Shown in pieces: positions 62,301 through 64,000 of a stretch of 64,000 nucleotides of DNA. The position numbers were made by a program, and so were the translations under genes. The notes under the pieces are model-generated. The model was not told the DNA's origin and did not search any database. It saw nothing but the letters and a program-made list of their open reading frames with translations. Position 1 is the first letter of the stretch; each line of letters starts with the position of its first letter. This DNA comes from Octopus vulgaris (Eukaryota): assembly GCA_951406725.2 (NCBI GenBank), contig OX597814.1:163060001-163124000 (forward strand), read 5' to 3'.

Positions 62301-62863
62301 CACATTTCCTATAAAACAAATCCCATCTTTTAAATTTCTTGATTAACACAAAATTTAAAACAAAAGTGAATTTCTATATTAAATATTTTCTTACTTTACA
62401 GAATATGTCCTGAAACAATTTACCATCAAACCAATAAATAGACTTTTTGTTGTAAATTAAGTGAAGCAATTAGACTGATAAAATAAATACCAGGCTTTCT
62501 TCAATGTCCAGCATGGCTGAATGCTTTAGAAAATTTACGATACCATTTTTAATGGAAAACTTACTTGACAGTAAGAAATGAACTCTTTAGCATTTGGATT
62601 ACTCTGTCAAATGTAATGCTTTTAAATAGTTTTGAATTAGTCATACAATAATCTCGTACCTTGAGATTTCAATGAAGTGAATGATTGTCTTTTTAGAATG
62701 ACATTGTAGGATAGGTAGGAGAGGCCAGAATGGCTGGTTTGAACAAAATAGAATATTTGGACTAGATATGGTCAGGATAAATGCTAAAAGGTTAAAGAAC
62801 AAAAACCATTGTGGAACTTACTCTGTTTCTTGAAGAAACAACTGGAGAATGTTTCCTCTAATG
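29262..62863 (-). CDS. IPO4: Importin-4 (karyopherin-beta, HEAT repeats); 26 coding exons in window, N-terminal exons outside window
   Basis: Hand-spliced GT-AG exons are all phase-compatible, total 3019 nt and end at TGA 29264-29262. Peptides such as [79 protein letters not shown] and [10 protein letters not shown] match the recalled IPO4/Kap123 family sequence. Confidence 0.95.
29495..29564 (-). CDS. IPO4: IPO4 exon
   Basis: [23 protein letters not shown]. Confidence 0.88.
31484..31985 (-). mobile_element. RTE-clade LINE 3' fragment
   Basis: [31 protein letters not shown]; (TGA)n tail. Confidence 0.88.
32040..32660 (+). mobile_element. RTE LINE 3' end
   Basis: [20 protein letters not shown] peptide, duplicated 3'UTR unit, TTAAATGATAATGAT tail. 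Confidence 0.85.
32695..32799 (-). CDS. IPO4: IPO4 exon
   Basis: [35 protein letters not shown]. Confidence 0.93.
32975..33810 (-). mobile_element. RTE LINE 3' end (opposite orientation)
   Basis: [26 protein letters not shown]; (TGA)n tail. Confidence 0.85.
34020..34286 (+). mobile_element. Tc1-like transposon right end
   Basis: [30 protein letters not shown] and TIR CCCAAACTTTTGGCCAGTAGTG. Confidence 0.75.
34554..34686 (-). CDS. IPO4: IPO4 exon
   Basis: [44 protein letters not shown]. Confidence 0.9.
34687..35592 (-). other. U12-type (minor spliceosome) GT-AG intron of IPO4
   Basis: 5' splice site GTATCCTTT; branch box TTTCCTTAAT about 12 nt before the CAG acceptor; no polypyrimidine tract between branch and AG. 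Confidence 0.9.
35593..35801 (-). CDS. IPO4: IPO4 exon (followed by U12 intron)
   Basis: [69 protein letters not shown]; donor GTATCCTTT. Confidence 0.93.
36453..36635 (-). CDS. IPO4: IPO4 exon
   Basis: [61 protein letters not shown]. Confidence 0.93.
39044..39237 (-). CDS. IPO4: IPO4 exon
   Basis: [64 protein letters not shown]. Confidence 0.92.
39744..39907 (-). CDS. IPO4: IPO4 exon
   Basis: [54 protein letters not shown]. Confidence 0.92.
40525..40602 (-). CDS. IPO4: IPO4 exon
   Basis: [25 protein letters not shown]. Confidence 0.93.
41034..41164 (-). CDS. IPO4: IPO4 exon
   Basis: [43 protein letters not shown] (acidic loop). Confidence 0.88.
41615..41726 (-). CDS. IPO4: IPO4 exon
   Basis: [37 protein letters not shown]. 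Confidence 0.93.
42351..42565. mobile_element. piggyBac-type TTAA MITE (further copies 45933-46152 and 62583-62791)
   Basis: TTAA|CCCCTTAGCATT...AATGCTAAAGAG|TTAA; three homologous ~215-bp copies in IPO4 introns. Confidence 0.8.
42944..43067 (-). CDS. IPO4: IPO4 exon
   Basis: [40 protein letters not shown]. Confidence 0.93.
45714..45827 (-). CDS. IPO4: IPO4 exon
   Basis: [37 protein letters not shown]. Confidence 0.92.
46903..47016 (-). CDS. IPO4: IPO4 exon
   Basis: [37 protein letters not shown]. Confidence 0.93.
47780..49210 (+). mobile_element. RTE LINE, internally deleted (RT fragment, C-terminus, tandem-repeat 3'UTR)
   Basis: [48 protein letters not shown]; [12 protein letters not shown]; (GAT)n tail. 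Confidence 0.9.
49525..49663 (-). CDS. IPO4: IPO4 exon
   Basis: [46 protein letters not shown]. Confidence 0.93.
49799..50642. mobile_element. Fold-back derivative of a DD37D/maT-like Tc1-mariner element
   Basis: Arms 49799-50120 and 50315-50642 are inverted copies; TA on both sides; [29 protein letters not shown]. Confidence 0.88.
51900..52170. mobile_element. hAT-type MITE
   Basis: TIRs CAGGGGTTCCTAACC / GGTTGGGAACCCCTG; perfect 8-bp TSD GTATAGAG (51892-51899, 52171-52178). Confidence 0.9.
53020..53128 (-). CDS. IPO4: IPO4 exon
   Basis: [36 protein letters not shown]. Confidence 0.93.
53568..53870 (+). mobile_element. tRNA-derived SINE, third family (Meta/V-like domain); related head at ~59830-60215 on minus strand
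   Basis: TGGCCTAGTGG A-box, GGTTCGAATCC B-box, CCTGCGACGGACCGGCGTCCCGTTCAGG domain. Confidence 0.85.
53978..54087 (-). CDS. IPO4: IPO4 exon
   Basis: [36 protein letters not shown]. Confidence 0.93.
54360..54690 (+). mobile_element. RTE LINE C-terminal fragment
   Basis: [28 protein letters not shown]. Confidence 0.75.
54998..55051 (-). CDS. IPO4: IPO4 exon
   Basis: [18 protein letters not shown]. Confidence 0.93.
55380..55790 (+). mobile_element. CR1/L2-group LINE C-terminal fragment, decayed
   Basis: [24 protein letters not shown] remnants. Confidence 0.6.
55854..55991 (-). CDS. IPO4: IPO4 exon
   Basis: [46 protein letters not shown] (acidic loop); GTTTGT donor. Confidence 0.9.
57048..57131 (-). 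CDS. IPO4: IPO4 exon
   Basis: [28 protein letters not shown]. Confidence 0.9.
57852..57953 (-). CDS. IPO4: IPO4 exon
   Basis: [34 protein letters not shown]. Confidence 0.92.
58124..58456 (+). mobile_element. tRNA-derived SINE with CR1-type tail
   Basis: Same family as 17482-17880. Confidence 0.88.
58570..58635 (-). CDS. IPO4: IPO4 exon
   Basis: [22 protein letters not shown]. Confidence 0.88.
58938..59498 (+). mobile_element. RTE LINE 3' end
   Basis: [41 protein letters not shown]; same duplicated 3'UTR unit as 32040-32660. Confidence 0.85.
60563..60605 (-). CDS. IPO4: IPO4 exon
   Basis: [14 protein letters not shown]; phase fits neighbours, GTAAGT donor. Confidence 0.85.
60800..61439 (-). 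pseudogene. CNDP2: Intronless, 3'-truncated cytosolic non-specific dipeptidase (CNDP2/Dug1, peptidase M20) copy nested in an IPO4 intron
   Basis: [19 protein letters not shown]...[20 protein letters not shown] / frameshift ~61090 / [22 protein letters not shown]...[15 protein letters not shown]...[11 protein letters not shown](TGA 60853-60851)[15 protein letters not shown]; homology stops at ~codon 210. Confidence 0.92.
61935..62071 (-). CDS. IPO4: IPO4 exon
   Basis: [45 protein letters not shown]; GTAAGT donor. Confidence 0.9.
62176..62308 (-). CDS. IPO4: IPO4 exon
   Basis: [44 protein letters not shown]; GTGAGT donor. Confidence 0.92.
62822..62863 (-). CDS. IPO4: IPO4 exon (1st in window)
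   Basis: [13 protein letters not shown]; TAG acceptor, GTAAGT donor. Confidence 0.85.
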
Positions 62864-63417
62864 CTATAAAAAGAAAGTTGAAATACTTCAATAAGAAAGG
62901 AAAATGTTAAGATACATAACATCCAATCCATTAATGTTTTCAATAAACTAATATGTTCTCACTCATTCAAAGGATTAGCCATTATAGAACATGCAATAAA
63001 AATTCTACAAGGAACTATTGAAATCACATTCAAAAGCTTATGAATGTATATATTTTGATCTAAAAGAAAATCTATTTACAGTTATCAAGTCAACTTTGTT
63101 AAAATAATTACAAATAATGAGATGGTATACTCTTTTACTCTTTTACTTGTTTCAGCCATCCGGCTGAGGCCATGCTGGGGCACCGCCCTTGTATGTATGC
63201 CAGTTAAAAAAAAGTTCAGAGAATTTAATGGCTGTGTGGGTAAGAAGCTCATTTTGCAATTATGTGGTTTCAAGTTCAGTCCCATTGCGCAGTAGCTTGG
63301 GAAAATGTTTTCTATTATAGCCAAGTCAACCAATACCTTGTGAGTGAATTTCGTAGACAGAAACTGCATGGAACCCCATCATCTCTACATATATGTGCGT
63401 TTGTGTATTGACACACA

Positions 63418-63426
<9 letters not shown>

Positions 63427-63480
<54 letters not shown>

Positions 63481-63852
63481 ATATGTGTGTATATATATAT
63501 ATATACACACACACATACATCTATACATGCATATGTGTGTGTGTTTATATACACACATCTATACATATGCATGCGTGTGTATATACATACACATCTATAC
63601 ATATGCATGCGTATGTATATACATACACATCTATACATATGTGTACGTATGTATACACACATCTATACATATGCGTGTGTGTATACACACACATCTATAC
63701 ATACGTGTATATAATTACACACATCTATACATACGTGTATATAATTACACACATCTATACATACGTGTATATATACACACATCTATACATACATGTGTGT
63801 GCATATATATATATATATACATACATACACGTGCATATATGTATGTATGCAT
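63427..63852. repeat. (TA)n followed by a purine-pyrimidine minisatellite (units around ACACACATCTATACAT) inside a SINE
   Basis: CATCTATACAT core recurs about 9 times at ~30-40 bp spacing. Confidence 0.9.
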
Positions 63853-64000
63853 GAGCTTTTGTATTCGTTCCTCACCACCACTTGACAACCAGTATTGGTT
63901 TGTTTACATACCCAGCAACTTATCAGTTAAGCAAGACACTAGTAGTATAAGTGTCTGGCTTAAAAAAAAATAAAAACAAGTATTTGAGTTTGACTTGTTC

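Overview
Eukaryotic, AT-rich, repeat-dense window. The SINE/LINE families and (CATA)n/(TA)n microsatellites look like an octopus (coleoid cephalopod) genome; this is inference, not a database result. The right half (29.3-62.9 kb, minus strand) holds 26 phase-consistent coding exons of importin-4 (IPO4, ~1005 aa in window; the first exons lie beyond the window end). One IPO4 intron is a U12-type (minor spliceosome) GT-AG intron, and another contains an intronless, 3'-truncated CNDP2 (M20 dipeptidase) pseudogene. The left 18 kb is CpG-rich intergenic DNA packed with transposons: a Hsmar1-like mariner, a pogo/Tc2-like remnant, a Helitron, R4/Dong, RTE and CR1 LINE ends, tRNA-derived SINEs, and several Penelope-type modules carrying degenerate minimal hammerhead ribozymes. 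One of these modules fuses a tRNA-like Pol III head to a hammerhead and an inverted tail copy. A promoter-like segment at ~18.0 kb coincides with a sharp switch to CpG depletion that covers an ORF-less ~10 kb zone up to the IPO4 stop codon. Exon coordinates were read by hand; repeat boundaries are approximate unless TSDs or TIRs are quoted.
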